Assembly (NCBI GenBank): GCA_027593235.1
Contig: JAQCIU010000026.1
Coordinates: forward strand, 1-44,756
Source: Chloroflexota bacterium
GTDB taxonomy: Bacteria > Chloroflexota > Dehalococcoidia > UBA2979
Direction: 5' to 3'
DNA: 44,756 nt
The stretch's first letter is position 1, and each line of letters opens with the position of its first letter. The position numbers were made by a program, and so were the translations under genes. Shown piece by piece: positions 1 to 9,671 of this stretch. Below the pieces are notes generated by a model. It was not told the DNA's origin. It saw nothing but the letters and a program-made list of their open reading frames with translations, and ran no database searches.

Positions 1-119
1 ACCTCCTGCGAGTTCTGGGTGCTTCACACTTCCCAGTCTCGCTGGAGGTCCCTCCGCAGTCAGCCGTCTCGCAGGTGTGTGGTCAGTACAACTAGCGGCG
101 GTCAGTGAGGGAGATGTGG

Positions 120-569
120 ATGGCGAACGAACCAGGTAGTCAGGGCGGCGGACCCGCCGACGACATCCAGCGACAATTCAACGACGCAGTGGGCAAGCTG
201 ACTGGTCCCGGCGAACCATTGATCGCACTCGGCGCGATTCTCTTCGTCTTCGTCGACATCTTCGGAAACATCATCTTCGATGACTGGGGCGTCGACTATC
301 TGCAACTCGTTCCCGCCTGGTTCGTCCTTGCGGCCATCGGGTTGTTCCGCTTCAAGGGCTCAGCGCTCCCGGTCAACTACACGTTGCTGCTCGCAACGCT
401 CGGGCTGATCGCTGGTTTCGTCGGTGTCCGCGAGATCATCGGGGACCTCGAGAACAGCTTCTTCGACTACGACACCTCGAGCATCATCTTTGGGCTCATC
501 ACCTGGGCCGCCAGCATCGTCATGCTCCTCGGAGCCATCCAGCTCTGGCCGAGCGTGAAGAACGGCTAG
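120..569 (+). CDS. Hypothetical integral membrane protein (about 4 TM helices)
   Basis: ORF with several hydrophobic segments; GAGGGA SD-like motif at 107-112; start could be ATG 114 or 120. Confidence 0.75.
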   Translation: MANEPGSQGGGPADDIQRQFNDAVGKLTGPGEPLIALGAILFVFVDIFGNIIFDDWGVDYLQLVPAWFVLAAIGLFRFKGSALPVNYTLLLATLGLIAGFVGVREIIGDLENSFFDYDTSSIIFGLITWAASIVMLLGAIQLWPSVKNG

Positions 570-589
570 CGAAACGAACGGTCCAACGC

Positions 590-620
590 ACGGCGGTTCC
601 CGCAGGGGAGCCGCCGTTCT
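590..620 (+). terminator. Probable intrinsic terminator hairpin
   Basis: acggcggttccc-gcag-gggagccgccgt stem-loop followed by a pyrimidine-rich tract, 20 nt after the stop codon. Confidence 0.55.
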
Positions 621-696
621 CCGTTCCCGAAACATCGAGGGCGCCCCGTCGCGCCCCTGCGAGTGCTGGTTCGCCGTTGCGCGCTAGCCTCGCTCG

Positions 697-1974
697 ATGA
701 CCTCCCCTCCCGACACTCAACACCGCACGCTCTCGGACGGCATGTCCGAGGCCGATCGTCGCCGCGCGGAGTCGCTGCCCGGCATCGCACTCCTGATCGC
801 ACTCACCGCCGTCGCCCCGCTCGCCGTCGACATGTTCCTTCCCTCGATGCCAACCATGGCCGAGGAGTTCGACGTTCCCTCGTCGACCATGCAGCTTGCC
901 GTCACGCTCTTCCTCTTGTCGTTCGCCGCATCGCAGCTCGTCTACGGGTCCTTCTCGGATCGCTACGGTCGCCGCCCCGTGCTCATGGCCGGCATGCTCC
1001 TGTTCATCGCCGGTGGCGTCATCGCATTGCTTGCGCCCTCTGCGGAGGTGCTCATCCTCGGCCGCGTCGTGCAGGGACTCGGCGGCGGAGCCGGACCGGC
1101 CATCGGCCGCGCTATCGTCCTCGACGTGTTCGGGCGCACCCGTGCTGCCCGCGTCATGGCCTACATGACCATCGCCACGCCACTCGCCCCCGCGATCGCC
1201 CCGATCGTCGGCGGCTTCCTCCATGACGCGTTCGACTGGCGCGCCGTCTTCGTGACACTGATCGCCATCGGCGTCTTCCTCCTCGTCGCCTACCGGATGC
1301 TGATCCCGGAGTCGAACCTCCAGCCGGCGCCGGATGCGTTGAACGCCCGACGGCTGGCGGCCAACTACGCGACGCTCTTCCGCAGCCGCCCGTTTGTCGC
1401 CTACTCGCTCGTCATGGGCCTGATGTTCAGCGGCCAGCTGGTCTTCATCTCCGGTTCGTCATTCGTCCTGATCGACGAACTCGGCGTTTCACCCACGCTC
1501 TTCGGCTTCTCGTTCGCCTTCGTCGCGGTCGGGATCATGAGCGGCGCCTGGATCTCCAGCCGCCTCGTATCCCGCTGGCTGGAAACGCGGGTGGTGCTCC
1601 TCGGCGCGACGATCGCCGCTGGCGCCAGCCTCGTCATGGCCGCCCTCGCCTGGGGCGATGTCGCCAGCCCCTGGGCCGTGCTCCTGCCGATGTTCGCCAC
1701 TGCTGGCGGCCTCGGCATCTCCCGCCCGCCCGCGATGGCCGGCGCGCTGATCCCCTTCCCGCACATGGCCGGACTCGCCTCGGCCGTCATGGGCTTCACC
1801 CAGATGATCTTCGCGACGCTCTACAACATCGGCTACAGCAGCTTCATCGAGGTGGATCAGGTCGCCCTCGCCAGCGGCGTCGCCTTCGCCACCACCACCG
1901 CGCTCGTCATCTTCCTCGCCTTCCGCCCGCCCGCCGCCTCCGAGCTCGCCGCCTCCGAACTCGCCGCTAGGTAG
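697..1974 (+). CDS. Bcr/CflA-family multidrug efflux MFS transporter
   Basis: PLAVDMFLPSMP motif, GSFSDRYGRRPV (MFS motif A), about 12 hydrophobic segments. Confidence 0.9.
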   Translation: MTSPPDTQHRTLSDGMSEADRRRAESLPGIALLIALTAVAPLAVDMFLPSMPTMAEEFDVPSSTMQLAVTLFLLSFAASQLVYGSFSDRYGRRPVLMAGMLLFIAGGVIALLAPSAEVLILGRVVQGLGGGAGPAIGRAIVLDVFGRTRAARVMAYMTIATPLAPAIAPIVGGFLHDAFDWRAVFVTLIAIGVFLLVAYRMLIPESNLQPAPDALNARRLAANYATLFRSRPFVAYSLVMGLMFSGQLVFISGSSFVLIDELGVSPTLFGFSFAFVAVGIMSGAWISSRLVSRWLETRVVLLGATIAAGASLVMAALAWGDVASPWAVLLPMFATAGGLGISRPPAMAGALIPFPHMAGLASAVMGFTQMIFATLYNIGYSSFIEVDQVALASGVAFATTTALVIFLAFRPPAASELAASELAAR

Positions 1975-2158
1975 CCGCCGCTCACCCCGGCCCAACGGTC
2001 CGCCCTGCGGACGTCGTGACCACCGAGGTCAGCCGTCACGTTCGTCAGACCGTCGGTGTCGCCGTCGTGGTCCACGCGCTCTCCCGAAAGCCCGCGAGTA
2101 TACGAAGCGCCCTCACGCTCGTATCGTCGCCAGCGAACGTCCGAGGAGGGTTGAACCG

Positions 2159-2668
2159 ATGCCGATCGCCGAAGCGATCCCCGCCGCTGATCTCCTGCGC
2201 GCACTGCGCGACGCCGCTGTCACAGACGTGGTTGCCGTACCCGACACGCACCAGCGCAGCCTCATCGAACTCCTCGATCACACCGAGGACATTCGATTCA
2301 TCCAGGCCGCCACCGAGGACGAAGCCGTCGCCCTGGCCGCCGGCCTCATCGTTGGCGGGCGCCGGCCGATCGTCCAGATCCAGCACGCCGGCCTCTACGC
2401 CTGCGTGAACCACCTCCGAGGAATCGCCGGCGACGGCCGCTTCCCGATGGTCTTCCTGATCGGCCTCCTTGGACGCGACCCCCACCGGATGCCCAGCGAT
2501 CACGCCGGCTCCATGGTCCGTCTCGCCGAGCCCCTGCTCGACACCATGCAGGTGCCGCACTGGCTCCTCGATGGCCCCGCCGACGTCGCAATGGTGACCG
2601 AGGCATTCGCCGCCGCCGAGGAACGCCAGGGACCCACCGCGCTGCTCATCGGCGTGAACACGGCTTAG
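2159..2668 (+). CDS. ThDP-dependent decarboxylase, alpha (PYR-domain) subunit, sulfopyruvate/phosphonopyruvate decarboxylase-like
   Basis: VPD motif, TEDEAVALAAG, QHAG; adjacent to a PP-domain subunit. Confidence 0.75.
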   Translation: MPIAEAIPAADLLRALRDAAVTDVVAVPDTHQRSLIELLDHTEDIRFIQAATEDEAVALAAGLIVGGRRPIVQIQHAGLYACVNHLRGIAGDGRFPMVFLIGLLGRDPHRMPSDHAGSMVRLAEPLLDTMQVPHWLLDGPADVAMVTEAFAAAEERQGPTALLIGVNTA

Positions 2669-2678
2669 GGAGCGACCG

Positions 2679-3323
2679 ATGACGACCTCAACTACTTCCG
2701 GCGCACGCATCTCCGTCGACAGCGCGATCGAAGCCCTCGCGCGGCGCCGCGACGACCAGGTCGTGGTCTCGACCATGACCGTCATGCGCCCCTGGCGCAC
2801 CCGCGCCGAAACCGATCGTGACCTCGTCTGCGTCGGTTTCATGGGCGGCGCCTCCACCTTCGGCCTCGGCGTCCAGCTCGCCCGCCCGGACGTCCCGGTC
2901 TGGGTCCTCGATGGCGACGGCTCACTCGCGATGCAGCTCGGCTCCTTGCTCACCATCGCCAACGCCGCCCCGCGCCGCTTCCTCCACGTCGTCCTCCACA
3001 ACGGCGTCTATGACACCAGCGGCGCCCAGCCCGTCCTCGCCGAGGGCAGGATGTCCTTCGCAGATATGGCGAAGTCCGCCGGCTACGCCGACGCCGTGCG
3101 CTTCGACGACATCGAGTCCTTCGAGCTCGCGCTGGACGACCTGCTCGAGACGGATGGCCCCGTACTCGTCGAGCTCATTACCGAACCGACCGGCGACTCT
3201 TACCAGAACCCTGAACCCGGTACCTCGCCCGACCTCCCGGCTGATGGCCGCCCGATCGCTTCGGCACTCGCCTCGGTCTGGCCGAAGGTCCGCGATAGCC
3301 TCGCGAACGGACCCGCCGCATGA
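2679..3323 (+). CDS. ThDP-dependent decarboxylase, beta (PP-domain) subunit, ComE-like
   Basis: GFMGGAS and the ThDP motif GDGSLAMQLG...NGVYDTSG. Confidence 0.8.
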   Translation: MTTSTTSGARISVDSAIEALARRRDDQVVVSTMTVMRPWRTRAETDRDLVCVGFMGGASTFGLGVQLARPDVPVWVLDGDGSLAMQLGSLLTIANAAPRRFLHVVLHNGVYDTSGAQPVLAEGRMSFADMAKSAGYADAVRFDDIESFELALDDLLETDGPVLVELITEPTGDSYQNPEPGTSPDLPADGRPIASALASVWPKVRDSLANGPAA

Positions 3324-3694
3324 GCAACACCGACACCATCCGCGCCTTCCTCGACGCCTTCAACGCGAAGGACATCGATCGCGTCATGTCCTTCTTCTCG
3401 GACGACGCCATCTACCACAACATCCCCACCGCGCCGGTCCACGGCGCCGCGGCGATCCGCAAGAGCATCGAGGGCTACACGACCCCCGCCTCCGCGATCG
3501 ACTGGGAATTGGTCGCCGTCGCTGAGACCGCTGGCGGCACCGTCCTCACGGAACGCCTCGATCGCTTCGACTTCAGCGGCCACAAGGTCGAACTCCCGGT
3601 GATGGGCGCCTTCGACTTCGAGGACGGCAAGATCCTCGCCTGGCGCGACTACTTCGATCTCGCCCAGTTCCAGAAGCAGATGCCGGGCAACTAG
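3320..3694 (+). CDS. Limonene-1,2-epoxide hydrolase / SnoaL-like family protein
   Basis: YHNIP, VLTERLD and WRDYFD motifs; ATGA overlap with the upstream gene. Confidence 0.88.
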   Translation: MSNTDTIRAFLDAFNAKDIDRVMSFFSDDAIYHNIPTAPVHGAAAIRKSIEGYTTPASAIDWELVAVAETAGGTVLTERLDRFDFSGHKVELPVMGAFDFEDGKILAWRDYFDLAQFQKQMPGN

Positions 3695-3740
3695 CGGTCA
3701 CCGCGACCTCGTCGAGGCGCCGTTCCGGCAGGGAGTCACG

Positions 3741-4943
3741 ATGAGCGTCCGCATCGGCTTCGGCCTCGCCAACCTGCCCTTCAACAGCGCCCGCGAACTC
3801 TGGCGCTGGGTCGACATGCTCGAGGACGGCGGCGTCGACTCGCTCTGGCAAACAGACCGCCTCATCTCGAAACAGCCGATGCTGGAGTCGATGAGCTTCA
3901 TGGCCGCGCTCGCCGGCCGAACGGAGAAATTGAAGTTCGGCATGAACGTCGTCGTCTTGCCGTTCCGCGATCCGCTCGTCCTCGCCAAGCAGTGCGCCAC
4001 CATCGACTACCTCAGCGGCGGTCGCCTCCTGCCCGCTTTCGGCGTCGGCCGCGCCACGTCGCCCGAATTCGAGGGCGCCGGTCGCTCCGCCAGGGCCCGC
4101 GGCGCCTGGACCGACGAGGTCCTCCAGTTCTTCGCTCGCGTCTGGTCCGAGGACGATGTGACCTTCGAGGGCAAGCACGTCACCTATCGCAACGTCACCA
4201 TCGAGCCGAAGCCGGCACAGGCGCAGCTCCCGATCTGGATCGGGGGAGTTTCCGAGGCGGCAATCCGCCGGACCGCGCTCTACGGCACCGGCTGGTTGAG
4301 CGGCGTTCAGGCGCCCACGCAGATCGCACCCGCGATCAAGGCGATCCGCGAACAGTCCGCCGCGGCCGGCCGGCCGGTCGATGACGATCACTACGGCGCC
4401 GGGTTCAGCTACCGCTTTGGCTCGTGGGACGACCCGATCGTCCAGCGCACCGCCGCCGGTCTGGCCCGTGTCCCGGACGCCGGCGATCCGCGCTCGATGA
4501 TCGCCGTCGGCGACACCAGCGACATCATCGCGAAAGTCCGCGAGTACATGTCCGCCGGCGCATCGAAGTTCGTCGCGCGCCCGCTCGCCGAGACCAGCGC
4601 CGAGGTGTTCGCGCAGACCCAGCGCCTGATCGAGGAAGTGCTCCCCGCGATCCACGGGCTGGACCTCCCGGCCCATCCGCCCACCACAACCCCGATCGGC
4701 ATCGGCCCCAAGAGCCGCGAGATCCTCGAGCGGATCGGCATCACCACGATCGAGCAGGTCGAGGAGCGCGGGCTCGTCGAGACCTATCTCGACGTGCTCG
4801 ATCTCGGTGACACCGGCGCCACCGTCAACTTCCTCTGGGGCCTCGAATCGGCGAGCACCGGGATGCACTGGCTCGAGATTCCCGAGGAGCGCAAGGCCGA
4901 ACTGCGCGGCGAGGTGGAGCGGCTGCGCACACCGCGCGACTAG
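3741..4943 (+). CDS. LLM-class flavin-dependent oxidoreductase with C-terminal TfoX_C-like domain
   Basis: LLM motifs (LAKQCATIDYLSGGRL, PIWIGG..EAAIRR); tail IGPKSREILERIGI...NFLWGLESASTGMHW resembles TfoX_C. Confidence 0.85.
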   Translation: MSVRIGFGLANLPFNSARELWRWVDMLEDGGVDSLWQTDRLISKQPMLESMSFMAALAGRTEKLKFGMNVVVLPFRDPLVLAKQCATIDYLSGGRLLPAFGVGRATSPEFEGAGRSARARGAWTDEVLQFFARVWSEDDVTFEGKHVTYRNVTIEPKPAQAQLPIWIGGVSEAAIRRTALYGTGWLSGVQAPTQIAPAIKAIREQSAAAGRPVDDDHYGAGFSYRFGSWDDPIVQRTAAGLARVPDAGDPRSMIAVGDTSDIIAKVREYMSAGASKFVARPLAETSAEVFAQTQRLIEEVLPAIHGLDLPAHPPTTTPIGIGPKSREILERIGITTIEQVEERGLVETYLDVLDLGDTGATVNFLWGLESASTGMHWLEIPEERKAELRGEVERLRTPRD

Positions 4944-6982
4944 GGGACGAAGCTCGCCGAGAAGTCGGTCCCCGCCGGAGCCGGAGCAACGTTCGCCGTC
5001 GCCGCCGTGAACTCGACGGCCTCATAGCCACCCTCGGCGTCAACCTGGAACAGCCAGATCGCCATCGACACGGTCGCGTCGTTCTCGCTGAGCCCGGTGC
5101 AAATCACCAGGTGTCCCGTTGACACCGCACCCGCCGGATCGAACGTGCGGATGTCTTCGAAGTAGCTCGGCGCCGAAGCGCCATCCGCGCAGAAGTCGAT
5201 CCCAGCTCCGAGGTGTGCGGTCCCCTGCAGCAGATCGACTTCGCCGCAGAGCGTGCGGAGGATCTCTTCCGGTCCCGCAATGTCCACGTAGATCACGCCG
5301 TCGTCGCCGCGCAGCAGCCGCACGCTCACGTCGCCGTTCCAGGCCGGAACGACCCCCGTCGTCCTGAAATCCGCGCCGTACGTCTCCGCGACGCTCTGCT
5401 CGGCCACGGTTCCGTGCTCGCCGAACACCGAGGTTAGCGAGGCTGCTGCCTCGGTCGCTGTCGCTTCGGCGCTCGGCGTCGCCGTCGGTTGCGTGCCGCC
5501 ACCCGCCGCCGCCGACGTGGCGGTCGCGGAGGCCGCGCCGTCGCTGTCGCCTCCGCCACTGCCGAGCAGCAGCCCACCGACGACGATCACGGCCGCTGTA
5601 CCGGCGACGACCAGACCCGTCACGATCGGGTGCGCGCGAATCCGATCGAGGAACCCGACCGAGCGCGGGCTCGCGGCCGGCCGGACAGCGGCAGGCGCGC
5701 GCGGCGGTGTCGGTGCTGGCTGCGCCGCCTCGAACTCCTCGCGCGTCACCGCGTACTGCGGGTACATGCTCCCGAGGTAGCTGAAGTCGCTGTCCGAGAA
5801 ACCGCCACCGCGATTGGCAAACCCGATCAGCCCGATGATCTGCTGCTTCACACAGTCCCGGTACGCATCGATCGCGGCATCGAGCGGCGCCCGCGCGGCA
5901 CGCTCGCCTGCCGCCGCTTCGTCGTAGTTCGCCTCTGCCTCCTGCAGCAGCTCCCCGGCCGAGGCGCGTGCACTGTGCGCGCCCGCCACGTCCGCGCGCA
6001 ACTGATCGAGGTTCGCGGAACCCTGGCGGGCAGCGGGGGATGTCGCCGTCGCCAGCGCGGATTCGGCGCGGTCCGCATCCTGGCAGGCAAGCTCGAACCC
6101 GCCGCGCGCGTTCGACAGCCGCTCGTCCGCCGCCTCGCGCGCACGGGCCGCGTCGCTCCATGCCTGGATCCGCGGATCGTTCGTGAGTACCCGCTGCTCC
6201 TGGCAGCGGCTTTCCGCGCTCCGCACCACCACCTCGGGCTCCGGGATGCCATCCGCCGTCGGCGTCGCCTCGCGTTCCGCGCGCGCCAGCTCGATCATCT
6301 GCTGCGTCGTCGCGGCAATCTCGCCGTCGAGCTCGCGGATCTCGTCGCCAAGCCGCTCCTGCGCGGTTCGCGGCACGAAGTACATCCGCGTGCCCGGCCG
6401 GATCGTCGCCCAGATCCGTTCCGACTGCGCCTTCACGGCCTCGATCTGCTGCACCGAGGCCGCGATGTTGCGCACCGCCAGCACGTACAGCTCGAAGAAC
6501 TGGCCGAGCCCGGGGATGCGTTCGATCAGCGGGCCGAGCCGCTCGTTTGCGGCCTCAAGCGCGTTTGCCAACGCCTCGAGTTGGGCGGCCGGCTGGGCGT
6601 CCGCAAGCTCGAACGCCTGCTCCAGCAGATCCAGCGCCTCGTCGACCGGCCCGATCGCCTCGTTCGCCGCATCGAGGATCGACGCCGCCGTGTCCAGGCC
6701 GCCGGTCACACCCTCGGTCAGTTCCTCGATGTGTGGGTCGGAGAGCGCCTCGCGGACTGCCGCGCTCGCGTTCCGGAGATCGCCGAGGTGTTCCTCGATT
6801 TTGTCCTTGACCTCGGAGGCGTCGCCAGACGTGCTCTCCAGGACTTCGCGGATCTGGTCGACGGCGTTGTTGACCCGCGCCACCTCTTCACGAGGCGTTC
6901 GTTGCTGCATCAACTCGTCGCGTCGGGTCTCCAGATCACGACGACGTTGGTTCAGCCCGTCCCAGTTGATGTGGTCCGGCAT
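4940..6982 (-). CDS. Hypothetical protein: coiled-coil N-terminus, single TM helix, Ala/Thr linker, C-terminal domain
   Basis: Long ORF with GC3-biased codons; ATG 6982 preceded by TACACT-N6; TM segment IVTGLVVAGTAAVIVVGGLLL. Confidence 0.75.
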   Translation of the reverse strand: MPDHINWDGLNQRRRDLETRRDELMQQRTPREEVARVNNAVDQIREVLESTSGDASEVKDKIEEHLGDLRNASAAVREALSDPHIEELTEGVTGGLDTAASILDAANEAIGPVDEALDLLEQAFELADAQPAAQLEALANALEAANERLGPLIERIPGLGQFFELYVLAVRNIAASVQQIEAVKAQSERIWATIRPGTRMYFVPRTAQERLGDEIRELDGEIAATTQQMIELARAEREATPTADGIPEPEVVVRSAESRCQEQRVLTNDPRIQAWSDAARAREAADERLSNARGGFELACQDADRAESALATATSPAARQGSANLDQLRADVAGAHSARASAGELLQEAEANYDEAAAGERAARAPLDAAIDAYRDCVKQQIIGLIGFANRGGGFSDSDFSYLGSMYPQYAVTREEFEAAQPAPTPPRAPAAVRPAASPRSVGFLDRIRAHPIVTGLVVAGTAAVIVVGGLLLGSGGGDSDGAASATATSAAAGGGTQPTATPSAEATATEAAASLTSVFGEHGTVAEQSVAETYGADFRTTGVVPAWNGDVSVRLLRGDDGVIYVDIAGPEEILRTLCGEVDLLQGTAHLGAGIDFCADGASAPSYFEDIRTFDPAGAVSTGHLVICTGLSENDATVSMAIWLFQVDAEGGYEAVEFTAATANVAPAPAGTDFSASFVP

Positions 6983-7070
6983 GCCGGGAGTGTACCCAGT
7001 CCGCGCGCGCGGGTGGCGCACAGTACCGGCTCCTCTAAGTGTCAGCTACGTTCGTTCGTCGGGGGGCACG

Positions 7071-8291
7071 TTGAGTCGATTCCATCACGGCTGGGCCGTC
7101 GCCGCCGTCCTGTTCATGACCTACGCGCTGACGATTGGCATCACCCAGTACTCGTTCGGCGTGTTCGTCACGGACCTGGAAGCGGACCTCGGCTGGAAGC
7201 GAGCCGGCATTAACGGTGCCCTCACGCTGTTCGCCGTGGGCGGCCTCCTCGCGCCGTTGGTCGGTCGGTTCATCGATCGCTACGGAACGCGCTCGGTGAT
7301 GATGGCGTCGTTCGCGCTCCTCGCCGTCAGCCACCTCGCCCGACCCTGGATCACTGAGCTGTGGCAGTTCTACGCGCTCAGCTTCGTCCAGTTCGCCGCC
7401 ATTCCCGGAACGATCATGTTGCCGGCGGGCAAGCTGCTGGCGATCTGGTTCCCCACCGCGCGCGGTCGCGCGATGGGCTTTACATCGATGGGCGCGAACG
7501 TCGGCGGCGCGACCTTCTCCGCGCTCAGCGCCGTGTTGATCGGCAACATTGGCTGGCAGGGCGCCTACGCCACCTATGGGTTCGTGTTCCTCGCCGCCAT
7601 CCCGATCGTCTGGCTCGTGGTCCGCGAGGACGGCCACCCGCTGGCGGAAGGCGCGCCGCCCCCGCCCCGCGCCGAGGGCCTCACCACCCGCGAGGCGATG
7701 CGAACGCGTGCCTTCTACGTCGTCGTGATTTCGCTCACCCTCGCGCAACTCCAGTACCTCTCCGTCCTTACCCAGATCGTGCCCCACCTGGAGAACGTCG
7801 GCTTCAGCCGCGGCACCGCCGCGACGGCCGTTGGCGCGATGGCGATCTTCGGTGCGATGGGCAAGGTGAGCTTTGGCTGGCTGACCGAGCGAGCGCCCAG
7901 CCGCTATGTCGTCATGCTCAGTCTCGGCATGCAGGTTGTCGGGCTCGCGATCCTGGTCAGCGCCGGGAGCAGCGACGCGATGTGGACCTTCGTACCCGTC
8001 TTCGGGCTCGGCGTCGGCGCGATGGGCGCGCTGATGACGCTCTTCGTGCAGGAAACGTTCGGCATCCGCGAGTTCGCCACGATCTTTGGCGTCGTCAACT
8101 TCTGCACGATGGGCACCGCGATCGTCGGCCCCCCACTCGTCGGCGCGTCCTTCGAGGCCACCGGTGGCTACGAACTCGCGTTCACGGTCATCGCCGGCCT
8201 CTTCGTGCTCGCCGCCGCGATCGTCTTCTTCGCCGTCCCGCCGAAACCGACCGCGGCTGTCATGCAGGCGGCGGAACTGGAGGCGTCGTGA
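7071..8291 (+). CDS. MFS transporter (OFA/MCT-like)
   Basis: GRFIDRYGTR motif A, WFPTARGRAMG, about 12 TM segments; TTG start inferred. Confidence 0.85.
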   Translation: MSRFHHGWAVAAVLFMTYALTIGITQYSFGVFVTDLEADLGWKRAGINGALTLFAVGGLLAPLVGRFIDRYGTRSVMMASFALLAVSHLARPWITELWQFYALSFVQFAAIPGTIMLPAGKLLAIWFPTARGRAMGFTSMGANVGGATFSALSAVLIGNIGWQGAYATYGFVFLAAIPIVWLVVREDGHPLAEGAPPPPRAEGLTTREAMRTRAFYVVVISLTLAQLQYLSVLTQIVPHLENVGFSRGTAATAVGAMAIFGAMGKVSFGWLTERAPSRYVVMLSLGMQVVGLAILVSAGSSDAMWTFVPVFGLGVGAMGALMTLFVQETFGIREFATIFGVVNFCTMGTAIVGPPLVGASFEATGGYELAFTVIAGLFVLAAAIVFFAVPPKPTAAVMQAAELEAS

Positions 8292-8938
8292 CGTCCAGCC
8301 GCTTCGAGTTCGTGATCTTCGATTGCGACGGCGTGCTCATCGATAGCGAAACGATCGCCCTCCCCGTCCTCGGCACGATGCTCGCGGAACTTGGCGTGCA
8401 CCTCGATGTTCCCGAGGTCCATCGCCGCTTCGGTGGCCTCTCGATCGCGCAGGTCATGGCTGCCGTCGCCGACACCCTCGGCACGATACCCCCCGAAACA
8501 TTCGAGGCCGATCTGGCGCGCCGTTGGGAGGACGCCCTCCGCACCGAACTCGTCCCGATCCCCGGCGTCACCGCCGTCCTCGAGGGCCTGCGACTCCCCT
8601 TCTGTACCGCCTCGAACGCCGAGTCGCACGAAGTCCGGTTCAACCTCGATGTGGTCGGGCTGCGGCACCACTTTGGCGACCGCATCTTCGCCGCCACCGA
8701 CGTCGCGCACCCGAAGCCGGCGCCTGACCTCTATCTGCTCGCCGCACGCACGTACGGCGTCGACCCCGCGCGCTGCGCGGTCATCGAGGACACGCCGACC
8801 GGCGCCGCCGCCGGAGCCGCGGCCGGCATGCACGTCTTCGGCTACTCAACCCGCCACCCCGAGGATCTGCTCCGTGCCGCTGGCGCCCGCGACATCTTCC
8901 GCCCCATGGACGAGCTGCTCCCGCTCCTCCACGCTTAG
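8288..8938 (+). CDS. HAD-IA family hydrolase/phosphatase
   Basis: FDCDGVLIDSE, KPAPD and VIEDTPTG motifs; GTG start overlaps the upstream TGA. Confidence 0.9.
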   Translation: MTSSRFEFVIFDCDGVLIDSETIALPVLGTMLAELGVHLDVPEVHRRFGGLSIAQVMAAVADTLGTIPPETFEADLARRWEDALRTELVPIPGVTAVLEGLRLPFCTASNAESHEVRFNLDVVGLRHHFGDRIFAATDVAHPKPAPDLYLLAARTYGVDPARCAVIEDTPTGAAAGAAAGMHVFGYSTRHPEDLLRAAGARDIFRPMDELLPLLHA

Positions 8939-9007
8939 CGTCTCGATCGCGGGCGGTCGTGCTGGCGTACGCTACCGGCCCAACCGCACACATCGAGGAG
9001 CCACGCG

Positions 9008-9631
9008 ATGAACCCGAGCGAGCGATTCCCGATCACCCTCGGCGACGCGATGTACTCGCTGCGCGCGATCCGCCGCGTGAAGCCCGATCCGATCCCCGAC
9101 CAGGACCTGCGCGACATCCTCGACGCCGCGCGGCAGGCCCCGAACGGTGGGAACACCCAGCCGTGGCACTTCCTCCTGATCAAGGACGAGAACGTGCGCT
9201 GGCAGTTCGGTGAGCTCTACCGGGAGGCCTGGTGGGCGAAGCGCGCCGACCAGGGCATCCACGGCCCTGCCGACATCGACCCGTCGAACAAGACCACCCT
9301 CGCCGCGATGAAGCTCTCCGACGAGTTCGGCGCTGCCCCCGCGATCGTCCTCCTCTGCGCCACTGCGCAGGGAGCGGGTGCGATGGGCTCGGTCATCCCC
9401 TCGGTCCAGAACATGCTCCTCGCCGCCCGCGCGCTCGGCATCGGCGGCACGATCACCACCCTGCACGCCGTCGTCGACGCGCGCGTGAAGGAGCTGCTCG
9501 GCATCCCCGAGGACATCCAGATCGTCTACGCCATCCCGCTCGGCTACCCGCAGGGGAACTTCGGTTCGGTCACCCGCAAGCCGCTCGCCGAGATCGTTTC
9601 GGTCGATCGCTGGGGCAACTCGATCGGGTAG
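9008..9631 (+). CDS. Nitroreductase family protein
   Basis: RAIRR, APNGGNTQPWHF, QNMLLAARALGIG, IPLGYP. Confidence 0.9.
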   Translation: MNPSERFPITLGDAMYSLRAIRRVKPDPIPDQDLRDILDAARQAPNGGNTQPWHFLLIKDENVRWQFGELYREAWWAKRADQGIHGPADIDPSNKTTLAAMKLSDEFGAAPAIVLLCATAQGAGAMGSVIPSVQNMLLAARALGIGGTITTLHAVVDARVKELLGIPEDIQIVYAIPLGYPQGNFGSVTRKPLAEIVSVDRWGNSIG

Positions 9632-9671
9632 GGCGCGCGCCTCGGATTGACGCGGTAGGGAACGGACGACG

